NCBI GenBank assembly: GCA_964617195.1
Contig: CAZTVK010000015.1
Span: 2,317 to 66,316, forward strand
DNA: 64,000 nucleotides
Reading direction: 5' to 3'
From: an uncultured Methanosarcinales archaeon
GTDB lineage: Archaea; Nanobdellota; Nanobdellia; Woesearchaeales; ARS49
Shown here: positions 19,724-30,255 of the stretch, in pieces
How the letters are laid out: each line of letters starts with the position of its first letter
Position numbering within the stretch: the first letter of the stretch is position 1
Position numbers and translations under genes: made by a program
The notes under the pieces: generated by a model
What the model saw: only the letters and a program-made list of their open reading frames with translations
What the model was told of the DNA's origin: nothing
Databases searched by the model: none

Positions 19724-21200
19724 AATGCTCTAACGCGTGAACCAACAATCTCACACCAAAACCAGTGCCGCCTTTCCTGACATATTCCGCATCAACATCA
19801 GACCAGCTCACGCCAGCAATATCAAGATGCGCCCAAGGAGTTTTCTCGACGAAATTTGAAAGAAAAACCGCGCCCACAATTGTTCCAGCATTTCTGGGAA
19901 CAGTAGACGTGTTGAACACGTCAGCGATTTCAGACTTAACAAGCTCATTATATTCAGGCCACATAGGCAACTGCCACAAGCGCTCACCTGAAGCATTACC
20001 TGAAGCGATCAAATGACTCACGAGCTTCTCGTCCTTACTCATCACTGCCGCGCACACATTGCCCAACGCAATACGCACTGCACCTGTCAAAGTAGCCAAG
20101 TCAACCATAACATCAGGCTTCAAATTCTTCTCAGTGTAAGAAAGCGCATCAGAAAGAATAACCCTGCCCTCAGCATCAGTATTATTAATCTCAATAGTCT
20201 TACCATTGTAAGCAGTAACTACATCTCCAGGCTTGTACGCATCCATACCAAGCATGTTTTCCGTCGCAGCGAAAACTCCGACAACATGAACTTTCAGCTT
20301 AAGCAAAGCAGCAGCGCGAACTGCCGCGAGAACAGTCGCAGCACCAGCCATATCCTCTTTCATCGTCACCATACCATCAGCAGACTTAATGTCAAGACCA
20401 CCAGAATCAAATGTTATGCCTTTCCCGACAAAAGCGACTTTTTTCTTTCCACCGCCATTATATTCCATTATGACAAATCTGGGCTCATTAACACTGCCCC
20501 TGTTAACTGCAAGCAATGCAGTAAGACCAATCTTTTCAATCGCCTTTTTATCAAAAACAGTGACTTTAACGCCTAGCTTTTCCAACTTCTTCGCTTCCTG
20601 CGCAAGATCATCAGGCTTCATATTGCTTGCAGGCTCGTTAACCAAATCCCTGACCAGATTAGAGCATTCCGCAAGAACCACTCCCTTCTTCACCTCAGCA
20701 TGAACGTCATCACCGACAAGAGTCACCTGAGAAATAACTTTTATCCTATGCTTATCGACGGTGCGATACTTGATGTACTGATAAGCGCCAAGAACACTGC
20801 CCTCTGCAACAGCCTGAGCGCGCTCCTTTCTCGTCGTGCCCTTAATCTCCAGATTATGCAAAGTAGTGGAATATTCAGTAATACCACAAAAATCACGAGT
20901 AATCTTAGCACTCAAGCCTGCAGCCTTGCGCAAAATCTCAAGAGTAACATCCTCTTTCTTACCAAGACCCAACAAGAGAATATTCTTCGCAGGAATCTTG
21001 TCCAAAGTAGAAACCGATCTGAACTGCAGCCATTCGCCCTCAAACTCCTTTCCCTTGATAGCATGCGCGATAGCGCCGTGCAATTTCTCATCAACAGATT
21101 TCAATTCCGCAGGAAGTTTTTCAGCCGGAGAAAACAAGCCAACAACAATTAACTCTGTTTTGAAAGAATCAAGCTTAGCATCAACAACGCGAACTTCCAT
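19716..21200 (-). CDS. pepA: Leucyl aminopeptidase (M17)
   Basis: VGKGITFDSGG, MKEDMAG, NTDAEGR, ATLTG, WAHLDIAG motifs. Confidence 0.96.
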   Translation of the reverse strand: MEVRVVDAKLDSFKTELIVVGLFSPAEKLPAELKSVDEKLHGAIAHAIKGKEFEGEWLQFRSVSTLDKIPAKNILLLGLGKKEDVTLEILRKAAGLSAKITRDFCGITEYSTTLHNLEIKGTTRKERAQAVAEGSVLGAYQYIKYRTVDKHRIKVISQVTLVGDDVHAEVKKGVVLAECSNLVRDLVNEPASNMKPDDLAQEAKKLEKLGVKVTVFDKKAIEKIGLTALLAVNRGSVNEPRFVIMEYNGGGKKKVAFVGKGITFDSGGLDIKSADGMVTMKEDMAGAATVLAAVRAAALLKLKVHVVGVFAATENMLGMDAYKPGDVVTAYNGKTIEINNTDAEGRVILSDALSYTEKNLKPDVMVDLATLTGAVRIALGNVCAAVMSKDEKLVSHLIASGNASGERLWQLPMWPEYNELVKSEIADVFNTSTVPRNAGTIVGAVFLSNFVEKTPWAHLDIAGVSWSDVDAEYVRKGGTGFGVRLLVHALEHYA

Positions 21201-21240
21201 GTAAAAAGATTTTTGTAGAACAAGTTTATAAATATTTTCA

Positions 21241-22083
21241 TTATAGTTTTGAAAAAGCGCGCTGCAACATCAACGCATCGCTTTCAATGTTGGGAGATTC
21301 TGTAATAACAACGCCTTTAATCTTGAATTCCTTCCACGCTTTCAGCATATCTTTCCAGTTAAAATCAGATTCTTCGAAGTTCAAATGATTCTTTTCGCCC
21401 TTCGGACCATAATTAATGCCACAACACTGAATATGCATGTTGTCCAGCGCTTCCCTGCCAAGACCTTTTTCGATTTGAGATAAGATATTGCGGAATTCCT
21501 CTAATGTATTGTTCGTACCATTATATCTCGCGTGCAAATGGCCGAAATCAATGCACGGCAAGACTTGCTCGACTTCCTGCGATAATTTGATAGTCTCCTG
21601 CAAGTCACCCCACTGAGTTTCCTTGCCAGTTGTTTCAGGCCTAATCCAGATTTTAACATCTTCATCCTGTAATTTCTTGACAACTTCCTTCACGCCGCGC
21701 GTGACAATCTCGTGCACTTTATCCTTCGGCCTGCCAAGATAGTAACCCATATGCCAAGTAATGCTATACCCGCCACACTCATTCACACGACGGGCAGCTG
21801 AAAGCATCCTGCCAATAGACGCTTGCAGTTTCGCAGGCTCTATCGCTGCCAAGTTCACATAATACTGGCCATGACAGGTGAGAACAACATTCAACTCTTC
21901 TGCTGTTTTCTTGATTATCGGAGCAAGCGTCTCATTCACATGCACGTTCTGCACAAACTCAAACTCCATAGCGTCAAGACCGAGCTTACGAACTTGTTTA
22001 ACACCATTAAGCGTATCCCTAGGCACGGTAGAAATCGGAATTCCAGGAGTGCCAAACAAGAGAGACTTCATATTAACCAACAA
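21241..22083 (-). CDS. Endonuclease IV / AP endonuclease family 2 TIM barrel
   Basis: HGQYYVNL, WHMGYY, PETTGK, CIDFGHLHAR, GEKNHL, ESP motifs. Confidence 0.87.
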   Translation of the reverse strand: MLVNMKSLLFGTPGIPISTVPRDTLNGVKQVRKLGLDAMEFEFVQNVHVNETLAPIIKKTAEELNVVLTCHGQYYVNLAAIEPAKLQASIGRMLSAARRVNECGGYSITWHMGYYLGRPKDKVHEIVTRGVKEVVKKLQDEDVKIWIRPETTGKETQWGDLQETIKLSQEVEQVLPCIDFGHLHARYNGTNNTLEEFRNILSQIEKGLGREALDNMHIQCCGINYGPKGEKNHLNFEESDFNWKDMLKAWKEFKIKGVVITESPNIESDALMLQRAFSKL

Positions 22084-22774
22084 TCTTCAACAATTCTTTC
22101 AAATCACTAATTTCGTACTTAGGCTTGGGAGTTTCAGGACTATTCTCCTCTTTCCTGCGATTAATCCAGCACACAGTCAAACCCGCATTAGTCGCGCCGC
22201 ACACGTCCATCTGAGAACTCGCCACGTGCAAAATCTCAGAACGCTGCAAGCCCAAATACTTAACCGCAGCATTATACATCTCAACATGAGGCTTTGTAAC
22301 ACCAGTCTCATCAGAAACAAAAGTTCCATCAAAATCAACAGGAATCTTTTTCACAGTCATCTCAAACAAATCAGGATCACCATTCGAAACTATAACCAGC
22401 CTATGGCGCTTCTTCAGCTCTGACAAAACACCGGCAACTTCAGGATAAGGCTTAATCTCCTTCCACTTCTCAAACAACAAATTCTCCTCACCAGAAGCTT
22501 CAACGCCAAAAGTCTTACACACCTCATCAAGACTCTTCTTAACCATCTCCTTATACTTCAAGAAAGGCATCTTCTCAACATACCAACGGCCAGCACGACG
22601 CCAAGACAAAGCGAACTCACGAGCAGAACACTTCAAATTATTCTTTTTGACAATACCCGCAGAAACATTCTCCCAAACAGGCAGCCAATCTACCAAAGTA
22701 CCCCAAAAATCAAGAGTTAACGCTCGGAACTTACTATCCGAAGCTCTTTCCGCAACCACAGCTTTGCTTTGCAT
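22073..22774 (-). CDS. HAD-superfamily hydrolase (haloacid dehalogenase-like)
   Basis: LDFWGTLVDW, VSNGD, KP..EMY, HVASSQMDVCGA motifs. Confidence 0.88.
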   Translation of the reverse strand: MQSKAVVAERASDSKFRALTLDFWGTLVDWLPVWENVSAGIVKKNNLKCSAREFALSWRRAGRWYVEKMPFLKYKEMVKKSLDEVCKTFGVEASGEENLLFEKWKEIKPYPEVAGVLSELKKRHRLVIVSNGDPDLFEMTVKKIPVDFDGTFVSDETGVTKPHVEMYNAAVKYLGLQRSEILHVASSQMDVCGATNAGLTVCWINRRKEENSPETPKPKYEISDLKELLKIVG

Positions 22775-23324
22775 TTGGATTATTAATCTTAAAACCAGAC
22801 TCGTTCAAAGAATCAACATAATCAATCTCGGAATCACGCAACATGTTCAAACTGTCCGCGTCAATAAACAATTTAACGCCCTTGTCTTCAATAACAATAT
22901 CGGTTTTTTCCGGCTGCTTCTCAAAATTCATCTGATAAACAAAACCAGAACAACCACCAGGAGAAACTGCAACGCGCAAGCCATGACCTGCAATCTTGTC
23001 CTTAGCCAGCAATTCCTTTATTTTACCAGCAGCACCATCGGAAATAAGCACTCTTGCAGGGCCAGTCGGCTCCTCATGCTTGTGCTCTTTGCTTTCCTCA
23101 GAAATGAACTTGTTAATCTCAACAACCATGCTGTCAATTGTCTCATCATCAAGACCGTGCACTCTAGCACCAGCTTCAACCGTATCAAACACGTTCGCAT
23201 GACAACCAACGCAATGCAACCCATGCTCGAGCATAATAACAGCTACATCAGGATACTTCTTCAAAACATCAGCAATTACCATGTCCTTTGTAACTAACTG
23301 CTTGATTTCAATTGTCTGTGTCAT
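22734..23324 (-). CDS. DUF1858-like domain fused to an A-type Fe-S carrier (IscA/SufA/HesB)
   Basis: N-terminal GLHCVGC...ARVHG; C-terminal GGCSG and NPNAKQSCGCGKSF. Confidence 0.9.
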   Translation of the reverse strand: MTQTIEIKQLVTKDMVIADVLKKYPDVAVIMLEHGLHCVGCHANVFDTVEAGARVHGLDDETIDSMVVEINKFISEESKEHKHEEPTGPARVLISDGAAGKIKELLAKDKIAGHGLRVAVSPGGCSGFVYQMNFEKQPEKTDIVIEDKGVKLFIDADSLNMLRDSEIDYVDSLNESGFKINNPNAKQSCGCGKSFG

Positions 23325-23715
23325 CTTCTACCTCCAACTTCTTACCCATGAATTGCAAAACGCCCAATTTCAGCACTTTCAAACCCAGCAAAGCACACTT
23401 CAACCTCATGCACGAAATCGGGATATTAATAAGGCTTAACGCATCCGCTTTATTAAACCTAGCTACCTCTTCCAAAGACTTGCCCAACGCATACTCTGTC
23501 AGCATCGAAGCAGCAGCCTGTGAAATAGCACAACCCTTTCCAGAAAAACGAACATTGCCAATCCTATTGTCTTTAACAAGAACATGCATCGTAATCTCGT
23601 CACCACACGAAGTATTCGCATCATGAGATATGATGTCCGGATGAGGAAGAATTCCCTTATTCCTCGGATTACGATAATAATCCAAAATTATTTCCTGATA
23701 CATCTCATCTATCAT
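23308..23715 (-). CDS. sufU: SufU/IscU-type Fe-S scaffold or sulfur acceptor
   Basis: MYQEIILDYYRNPRN, SCGD, GCAISQAAAS, RLKCA motifs. Confidence 0.88.
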   Translation of the reverse strand: MIDEMYQEIILDYYRNPRNKGILPHPDIISHDANTSCGDEITMHVLVKDNRIGNVRFSGKGCAISQAAASMLTEYALGKSLEEVARFNKADALSLINIPISCMRLKCALLGLKVLKLGVLQFMGKKLEVEDDTDN

Positions 23716-24923
23716 AACCTGAACACCTTCTTTGCCTTCTGCAACGCTGCCAAAAAGACATCAACATCCTCTTTAGTATTGTAAGGGCCAAAGCTAATTC
23801 TGACCGTGGCAGCAACGCCAAGCCTGTCCATCAAAGGCTGAGCGCAATGATGCCCAGAACGAACACACACTTTCAAATGATCAAGAACAGTAGAAACATC
23901 ATGAGCGTGCATGTCACCAAGATTAAAACTGATAACACCGCCACGCATTTCAGGACCATACATCATGATTACATCATCCTTTTTCATCTTATCATACGCA
24001 TACCTTGTCAATTCCTGCTCGTGCTTCCACACGTTATCCATGCCCAAAGATTTCAAATAATCAACAGCAACGCCAAAACCAACAGCGCCAGCAACATTAG
24101 GAGTGCCAGCCTCAAACTTCCAAGGAACCTCATTCCAAGTAGAACCTTCAAAAGTCACTTCCTTAATCATGTCCCCGCCGCCAAGAACCGGCTCCATCTT
24201 CTCCAACAATTCACGCTTGCCATAGAGAACACCGATCCCAAAAGGAGCCAGCATCTTATGGCCTGAGAAGACCATGAAATCACAATCAAGCTCTTTGACA
24301 TTAACAGGCATATGAGGAACACTCTGAGACGCGTCAACCAAAGTGATAACTCCATTCTTGTGAGCCTCAGCAATCAATTCTTTGGCAGGATTGACCGTGC
24401 CAAGAACATTGCTGACTTGCAAGAACGCAAACAATTTCGGCTTTTGCTCTAACATATGAGTTGTTGAATTCTTATCAAGCTCACCATGCTCAGTAATAGG
24501 AATGTACGAAATTTTCGCGCCTGCCCTCTTCGCCAGCATCTGCCAAGGCACAATATTACTATGATGCTCCATCTCAGTCAACAAAATAGTGTCACCCTTG
24601 TTGATATTTGAGCCCCAGCTCTGCGCGACCAAATTAATACCCTCAGTCGCATTCCTGACAAAAACAATCTCTTTGGGATGAGCGCCGATAAACTCTGCAA
24701 TCTTTTTTCTAGCGCCCTCGTAAGCCTGCGTTGCCTCCTCAGCAAGAGAATTCACCCCACGATGCACATTAGAATTAGACGTCTCGTAAAACTTTTTCAT
24801 CGCTTCCAACACAATTGCCGGCTTATGAGTAGTTGCTGCGCTATCCAAATAAACCATTCCGCGCGCAAAAAACGGAAAATCCTTTCGCACACGCGCAATA
24901 TCTAAAACGCTCACATTTGCCAT
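23712..24923 (-). CDS. sufS: Cysteine desulfurase SufS (group II)
   Basis: YLDSAATT, EHHSN, FSGHKM, FEAGTP, RSGHHCAQPL motifs. Confidence 0.96.
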   Translation of the reverse strand: MANVSVLDIARVRKDFPFFARGMVYLDSAATTHKPAIVLEAMKKFYETSNSNVHRGVNSLAEEATQAYEGARKKIAEFIGAHPKEIVFVRNATEGINLVAQSWGSNINKGDTILLTEMEHHSNIVPWQMLAKRAGAKISYIPITEHGELDKNSTTHMLEQKPKLFAFLQVSNVLGTVNPAKELIAEAHKNGVITLVDASQSVPHMPVNVKELDCDFMVFSGHKMLAPFGIGVLYGKRELLEKMEPVLGGGDMIKEVTFEGSTWNEVPWKFEAGTPNVAGAVGFGVAVDYLKSLGMDNVWKHEQELTRYAYDKMKKDDVIMMYGPEMRGGVISFNLGDMHAHDVSTVLDHLKVCVRSGHHCAQPLMDRLGVAATVRISFGPYNTKEDVDVFLAALQKAKKVFRL

Positions 24924-25426
24924 TTGTCATACCCCTCAGGCAATTTCAAAAAACCCTGAATGATCATCTTACAAGCTTCTGACTCGCTCATGCCCCTGCT
25001 AGTCAAATAAAATATCTTTTCAGCATCAATCGGACTCATAGTAGCAGAGTGAGACGCCTTGACGTTATTCGCCTCAATCTCCAAAGAAGGAACAGCCTCT
25101 ACCTTAGCACTGCCATCCAAAAGCAAGAAATGCTGTTCAACAAAACTATCACTCAAATCACCACTCTTCGGAATAACAATCCTCGCGTGCGAAACAGTAT
25201 TCTGAGATTTACCAACAACACCACGGGAATTAATCCTTGATTTAGTACGCGCAGCATCATGAATTATCGTCAAATTACTTTCCACATCACCAGAAGTGAA
25301 AAACTCATCAACAAGCACCTCAGCGCCCTCGCCTGACAAGCGAATAACCTGCTCAACGCGCGTAGGACTATCATGAATAAGCACAATATGCCTCTTCTCT
25401 CCAGCAGGAACAATCAGCTCGCTCAT
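24911..25426 (-). CDS. sufD: Short SufD-like protein
   Basis: [17 protein letters not shown] and FYLTSRGM motifs; only 171 aa. Confidence 0.8.
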   Translation of the reverse strand: MSELIVPAGEKRHIVLIHDSPTRVEQVIRLSGEGAEVLVDEFFTSGDVESNLTIIHDAARTKSRINSRGVVGKSQNTVSHARIVIPKSGDLSDSFVEQHFLLLDGSAKVEAVPSLEIEANNVKASHSATMSPIDAEKIFYLTSRGMSESEACKMIIQGFLKLPEGYDKWQM

Positions 25427-26823
25427 CCCACACTACCCTCCATCTCCATCTGGATAAGCTTGTTCAACTCAACAGAATACTCCATCGGCAACTCTTTAGT
25501 GAATTCAGCAATAAAGCCAAGAACAATCAATGACAAAGCCTCACTTTCTGAAAGTCCGCGAGACATTAAGTAAAACAACTGCTCCTCGCCCACTTTTCCA
25601 ACAGTAGCTTCGTGCACAATAGTTGAAGTCGGCTCCTCAATCTTCATCGTCGGATAAGTATCAGACCTTGAGAATTCATCAAGCAATAACGCATCACACC
25701 TGACAGAACTAGTAACGTTCTTTGCGCCTTTTGCAACACGCAACAAGCCCCTATAACTACTTCTGCCACCATCCTTACTAACCGACTTTGAAACAATTCT
25801 TGAACTGGTGTTTGATGCAAGATGAATCACTTTGCCGCCAGCATCCTGATGCTGATTCTTGCCGGCATACGCAACACTCAGAATATCCGCCTTTGCGCCC
25901 TCACCATTCAAGATGACGCACGGATATTTCATCGTCAGCTTGCTTCCAAGATTGCCATCAACCCATTCAACAGTCGCGTTTTTATGCGCCATGGCACGCT
26001 TTGTAACAAGATTGTAAACATTACTGCTCCAGTTCTGAATTGTAGTGTAACGGACTTTTGCGCCTTCAAGCGCGATAACTTCAACAACTGCTGCGTGAAG
26101 GCTATCTGTAGAGTAAACGGGCGCTGTGCAGCCCTCGATGTAATGCACTTCCGCATCTTTATCGACAATAATCAAAGTCCTCTCAAACTGGCCAACATTC
26201 TTTGCATTAATCCTGAAATAAGCCTGCAACGGCACCGTGACTTTGACTCCAGGAGGAATGTAAACGAAACTACCACCACTCCACACCGCAGTATTTAATG
26301 CAGCGAACTTGTTATCGCCAGCAGGAACAAGCGTTGCAAAATATTTCTTTACGAGCTCAGGATATTCCTTGACCGCAGTGTCTGTATCTGTGAAAACAAC
26401 GCCCTGCTTCGCCAAATCCTCTCTCAACTTGTGATAAACTGTCTGGCTTTCATACTGCGCGCCAACACCGCCTAAAAATTTCTGCTCAGCCTCAGGAATA
26501 CCCAATCTGTCAAACGTTTTCTTGATATCAGCAGGAACATCATCCCAATTATGCGCAGTCTTTTCCGAAGAAGAAAAATAATAAGTATACCTGCCAAAAT
26601 CAATATCCTTCAAATCACCGCCCCACTCAGGCATAGGCTTGCTCAAAAAAATCTTGAACGCTTTCAAACGCAAGTCAAGCATCCACTGAGGTTCGCCTTT
26701 TATTTTAGAAATCTGCCTAACAATATCTTCTGACAATCCTTTCTGCGTCTTGAACACAAAATTCTCAGGATCTTTGAAGCCATACTTCTTCTCATAATCA
26801 TTATTAAGAATCGTCAAGCTCAT
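25423..26823 (-). CDS. sufB: Fe-S cluster assembly protein SufB
   Basis: QFERTLI, EGCTAP, LHAAVVE, RCDALL, HEATVGK, FYLMSRG motifs. Confidence 0.97.
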   Translation of the reverse strand: MSLTILNNDYEKKYGFKDPENFVFKTQKGLSEDIVRQISKIKGEPQWMLDLRLKAFKIFLSKPMPEWGGDLKDIDFGRYTYYFSSSEKTAHNWDDVPADIKKTFDRLGIPEAEQKFLGGVGAQYESQTVYHKLREDLAKQGVVFTDTDTAVKEYPELVKKYFATLVPAGDNKFAALNTAVWSGGSFVYIPPGVKVTVPLQAYFRINAKNVGQFERTLIIVDKDAEVHYIEGCTAPVYSTDSLHAAVVEVIALEGAKVRYTTIQNWSSNVYNLVTKRAMAHKNATVEWVDGNLGSKLTMKYPCVILNGEGAKADILSVAYAGKNQHQDAGGKVIHLASNTSSRIVSKSVSKDGGRSSYRGLLRVAKGAKNVTSSVRCDALLLDEFSRSDTYPTMKIEEPTSTIVHEATVGKVGEEQLFYLMSRGLSESEALSLIVLGFIAEFTKELPMEYSVELNKLIQMEMEGSVG

Positions 26824-27551
26824 ACCGTCACCAGTTTCTGATAACCTTTCTTTTCAATATCAAGGGCAAGCGTTGCATCACCACTCGCCACAATCTTTCC
26901 GTCAACCATAATATGAACGAAATCCGGCTTCAAATAATTCAACAAACGCTGATAATGAGTAATGACCAAACAACTAAATTCAGGAGAACGAAGAGCGCTA
27001 ACAGCCTTAGACAACAACTGCAAGCTGTCAACATCAAGACCAGAATCCATCTCATCAAGAACGGCAAGCTGAGGCTTCACGGTCAACAACTGCAAAACTT
27101 CAGCGCGCTTTTTCTCGCCACCAGAAAAACCGACATTCACCTCGCGATCAATAAAAGACTTGTCAACACCAAGCAGAGAAAGAGAAACATCAAGATTTTT
27201 TTTGAAATCAATAATAGAAAGCTTATTGTTCTTGGCCTTCGCCAAAGTGAACAAGAATTTTGAAAAACTCACGCCAGCAATCTCCAAAGGATGCTGGAAA
27301 GCCAAAAACAAGCCAAGCTTTGCGCGCTCATCAGGCTTCAAAGCCAGAATGCTTTTACCATCAATAAGAACATCTCCCTTTTCCACCTTGTACTTCGGAT
27401 GACCTGCAAGAACATACGACAAAGTACTTTTGCCACTGCCATTCGGACCCATCAATGCGTGAACTTCTCCAGGATTCACAACTAGAGAAATCCCTTTCAA
27501 AATCTGATTCCCCTCCACAGATACATGTAAGTCCTTAATCTCTAATTTCAT
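26820..27551 (-). CDS. sufC: Fe-S cluster assembly ATPase SufC
   Basis: [30 protein letters not shown] motifs. Confidence 0.96.
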   Translation of the reverse strand: MKLEIKDLHVSVEGNQILKGISLVVNPGEVHALMGPNGSGKSTLSYVLAGHPKYKVEKGDVLIDGKSILALKPDERAKLGLFLAFQHPLEIAGVSFSKFLFTLAKAKNNKLSIIDFKKNLDVSLSLLGVDKSFIDREVNVGFSGGEKKRAEVLQLLTVKPQLAVLDEMDSGLDVDSLQLLSKAVSALRSPEFSCLVITHYQRLLNYLKPDFVHIMVDGKIVASGDATLALDIEKKGYQKLVTV

Positions 27552-27559
27552 AACTCCCC

Positions 27560-27949
27560 CTATTGCTTAATTTGAATCAAACCGTTTTCTTCAAAACAGA
27601 CATTGCAACCCTTAGGCGCACCGCCCAATGCTTCATGCGCCTGACACACCAAACGCTCTTCACGAATCAATATAAGCAAACGCTGCATTTCACGCATCAA
27701 ACCAATCTCTCCAGTGATGCGCTTCACAGACTCCTTGATCGCAACCTTTACTCTGTCGTTTAATTGGAATGTTGAAGCCCGCTTAGCACTCATATACTGG
27801 CTCACAGCAGGCTCTGTAACGCTCAAAAGCCCTGCAATCTCCTTCTGAGACTTCCCCTCTGCCTTCATCACTATAGCGATTTCCCTGCGCACAGCAGGAA
27901 GCACGTAAAAAACCTCAATCTCCTGAGGCTGCAACAAGCGGTTAACCAT
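27560..27949 (-). CDS. HTH transcriptional regulator with a C-terminal Cys/His motif
   Basis: PQEIEVFYVLPAVR, SQKEIA.LL.VTEPAVSQY...KRA; C-terminal C..H...C..C; heads the suf operon. Confidence 0.82.
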   Translation of the reverse strand: MVNRLLQPQEIEVFYVLPAVRREIAIVMKAEGKSQKEIAGLLSVTEPAVSQYMSAKRASTFQLNDRVKVAIKESVKRITGEIGLMREMQRLLILIREERLVCQAHEALGGAPKGCNVCFEENGLIQIKQ

Positions 27950-28068
27950 AGTTAACTATTGCAGGGGGGAGTATATAAAGGTTGCTCAATATTGCAGGCA
28001 AAGCATAGGAGTTTCCAACAGTTGAATAAAAGTAGAATTTATATATTACAAAGAGTATTCTGAAGAAT

Positions 28069-28563
28069 ATGGGTGGCATTCTCGGGGTAGATATCGGTGG
28101 CGTAATTATAGATAAAATAAACGACAATACCGATACTTCTTTCTTTGGCAGTAATTATTTACATACAACTGCCGTGCCTGGTGCATTTGAAGCATTAAAG
28201 ACTCTCTCGGGGATTTATGTGACTCATCTAGTATCAAAGTGTGGTGAGAATATTCAGCGCAAGACTTTAGAATGGCTAGCGCATCATGATTTCTACGACA
28301 AAACAGGAGTTGCTAGAGAAAATGTACATTTCTGTCGCAGGCGCAACGAAAAACGAGGCATATGTGATGATATTGGTGCGACTCATTTTGTCGATGACCG
28401 TCTTGAGGTATTGAGTTATCTTTCTGGTAAAATGAAATTATATTTATTTAACCCGAATGAACGCGAAATGCAAAAGTTTTCTCACGCACTCACGAGAGTG
28501 ACGCGTGCTGATAATTGGCAAAATTTGTCTCACGTTCTGCAACAAGATCAACATGTAGCTTAA
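28069..28563 (+). CDS. HAD-like protein
   Basis: GVDIGGVI, LVSK, HFVDDR motifs; composition differs from flanks. Confidence 0.75.
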   Translation: MGGILGVDIGGVIIDKINDNTDTSFFGSNYLHTTAVPGAFEALKTLSGIYVTHLVSKCGENIQRKTLEWLAHHDFYDKTGVARENVHFCRRRNEKRGICDDIGATHFVDDRLEVLSYLSGKMKLYLFNPNEREMQKFSHALTRVTRADNWQNLSHVLQQDQHVA

Positions 28564-28615
28564 AAGTCTGACGAGTCCTGATTTTTGCAATAGTCTTAAA
28601 AGTAACGCTTTTCTG

Positions 28616-29254
28616 ATGGCGTTAGTATTAATGATGGATATCGAATCAATTGTAAGGGTGGACGAAGAATTTTCACGTTTAAATACTGAGATTTCTGATG
28701 GATTGATGAGGAGGTATTTTCTACCTGCACCCTCAAAAATTTACTTTGCCGAAGATAAATTCAGGTTAGAACATGATTCTTTGAGAGGATATGGATTAAG
28801 ATTTCATGAAAAATGGGAGATTAGAGAACTTTTGAGAACGGGGCTTACGGAAGAAGAAATAACTTCTGACCATGGGTATAATAAAAGAGAATCGTGCAAT
28901 GACGTTCCGCACCATTCTGCACAATATCATGAACATCGTTTTTATCAGAGAATTGGAGAAAGACTGTCAGGGATAAAGATTCCTATTTTAGCTCTTAAAG
29001 CAGTGAGAGATTGCTTTGAGATCCAGAGAGCATATGGCCAAGTGTTCAATGATTTTGGAGAATTTTACCGAGACATAGAGCAAAAAGAGATAACAAGAAA
29101 GGATGTAAGAAATGCGATTAGATTATTTGAAAAAACTGAATGGAAGTTTAGAAATAGAGATGGAATTTTTGATTACTTAAAGAAGCTACAAGAAGAGGGA
29201 GAAATTTCAGTCATAGAGAAGACCGCCCCCGTACTAAAGGCAACCCGACATTGA
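28616..29254 (+). CDS. Hypothetical protein
   Basis: 212-aa ORF in an AT-rich, compositionally atypical patch. Confidence 0.7.
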   Translation: MALVLMMDIESIVRVDEEFSRLNTEISDGLMRRYFLPAPSKIYFAEDKFRLEHDSLRGYGLRFHEKWEIRELLRTGLTEEEITSDHGYNKRESCNDVPHHSAQYHEHRFYQRIGERLSGIKIPILALKAVRDCFEIQRAYGQVFNDFGEFYRDIEQKEITRKDVRNAIRLFEKTEWKFRNRDGIFDYLKKLQEEGEISVIEKTAPVLKATRH

Positions 29255-29362
29255 GCATAACAACTATTGAGCGAACTTTTCTTCACTTAATCAGAAAGTA
29301 TCAGGTTTTGGGAAGGTGTTTTTTAGTTATCTGAATCCTTGTTTAAAGTGTTTCAAAGCTTA

Positions 29363-30214
29363 CTACTGGCCATGCTCTTTCAGCCATTCCTGAGAAACAG
29401 GCTTATAATTCAGCAAGGCTGCGATTTTTTCCTCCTTGCCATAAAGCGGAACATTAGTGAAAAACACGTTCCTGAAACTAATCGGCTGCTGCCCCTGAAT
29501 TTCAATCTGAATCGGCACCTGCCTGCGCTGGTCGATGTGCAAGACAACACGCACGCCATCAACTAAGTAGTGCAAAGAAGGCTGGACTGTTTTCGGCACT
29601 CCCGCACTATTAAGCGTTTGAACACCAACCTCAACAAAATCAGGAACAACATCAGCAAAGTCTTCTAAATAATTCAAAGGCCCCTTGGATGTCCAATCTT
29701 CATATTGCATAGAAGTTTCGTTGTTAACAAAATGCTTGCAATTAGACTGCGACCACGTAAACTGATTGCCCATCATCTGCGCCTCATGCTCCACATTGCA
29801 ATAAGCAACCGCAGTATTACTTACAGAATCAACAAACACATCCGTAATAGGCACCCTATCAATAAAAATCACTTTCAAAAACATATGGCGCGATTTACCG
29901 CCTGAAACAAGCACAAACCTGTCTTCAAGCTCATACGCATACCCATCATACTTCTGAGCCTGAGCCAACAATTGCCTGCCAATGGCAACTGATTCAACAG
30001 CCTGAGGCTCTGGCGCGACAACCTCATTAGCAATTATTCTTTCATCTTTCTGAGGGCATTGCTCAACAGAAGAAGCAGTACTGCCATCCCAACACTGCAC
30101 GATGACTTTCTCCACAATTCTTTCTTCAACCACAGGCTGCATAGTTGGAGCGGGCTGTACCGCAGGCTGTGCGCATGCTGCAAACAACAATAATAACAAA
30201 ACCACCCATTTCAT
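29363..30214 (-). CDS. Putative lipoprotein (paralog of 30256-31140)
   Basis: Start 30214 MKWVVLLLLLFAAC; shares VQCWDGSTA, PITDVFVD, KGPL.YL, KTVQPSLHY with its neighbour. Confidence 0.8.
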   Translation of the reverse strand: MKWVVLLLLLFAACAQPAVQPAPTMQPVVEERIVEKVIVQCWDGSTASSVEQCPQKDERIIANEVVAPEPQAVESVAIGRQLLAQAQKYDGYAYELEDRFVLVSGGKSRHMFLKVIFIDRVPITDVFVDSVSNTAVAYCNVEHEAQMMGNQFTWSQSNCKHFVNNETSMQYEDWTSKGPLNYLEDFADVVPDFVEVGVQTLNSAGVPKTVQPSLHYLVDGVRVVLHIDQRRQVPIQIEIQGQQPISFRNVFFTNVPLYGKEEKIAALLNYKPVSQEWLKEHGQ

Positions 30215-30255
30215 AGAACAATAGAGAACTTGCAAAGATAAAAATGTATCGCTTA

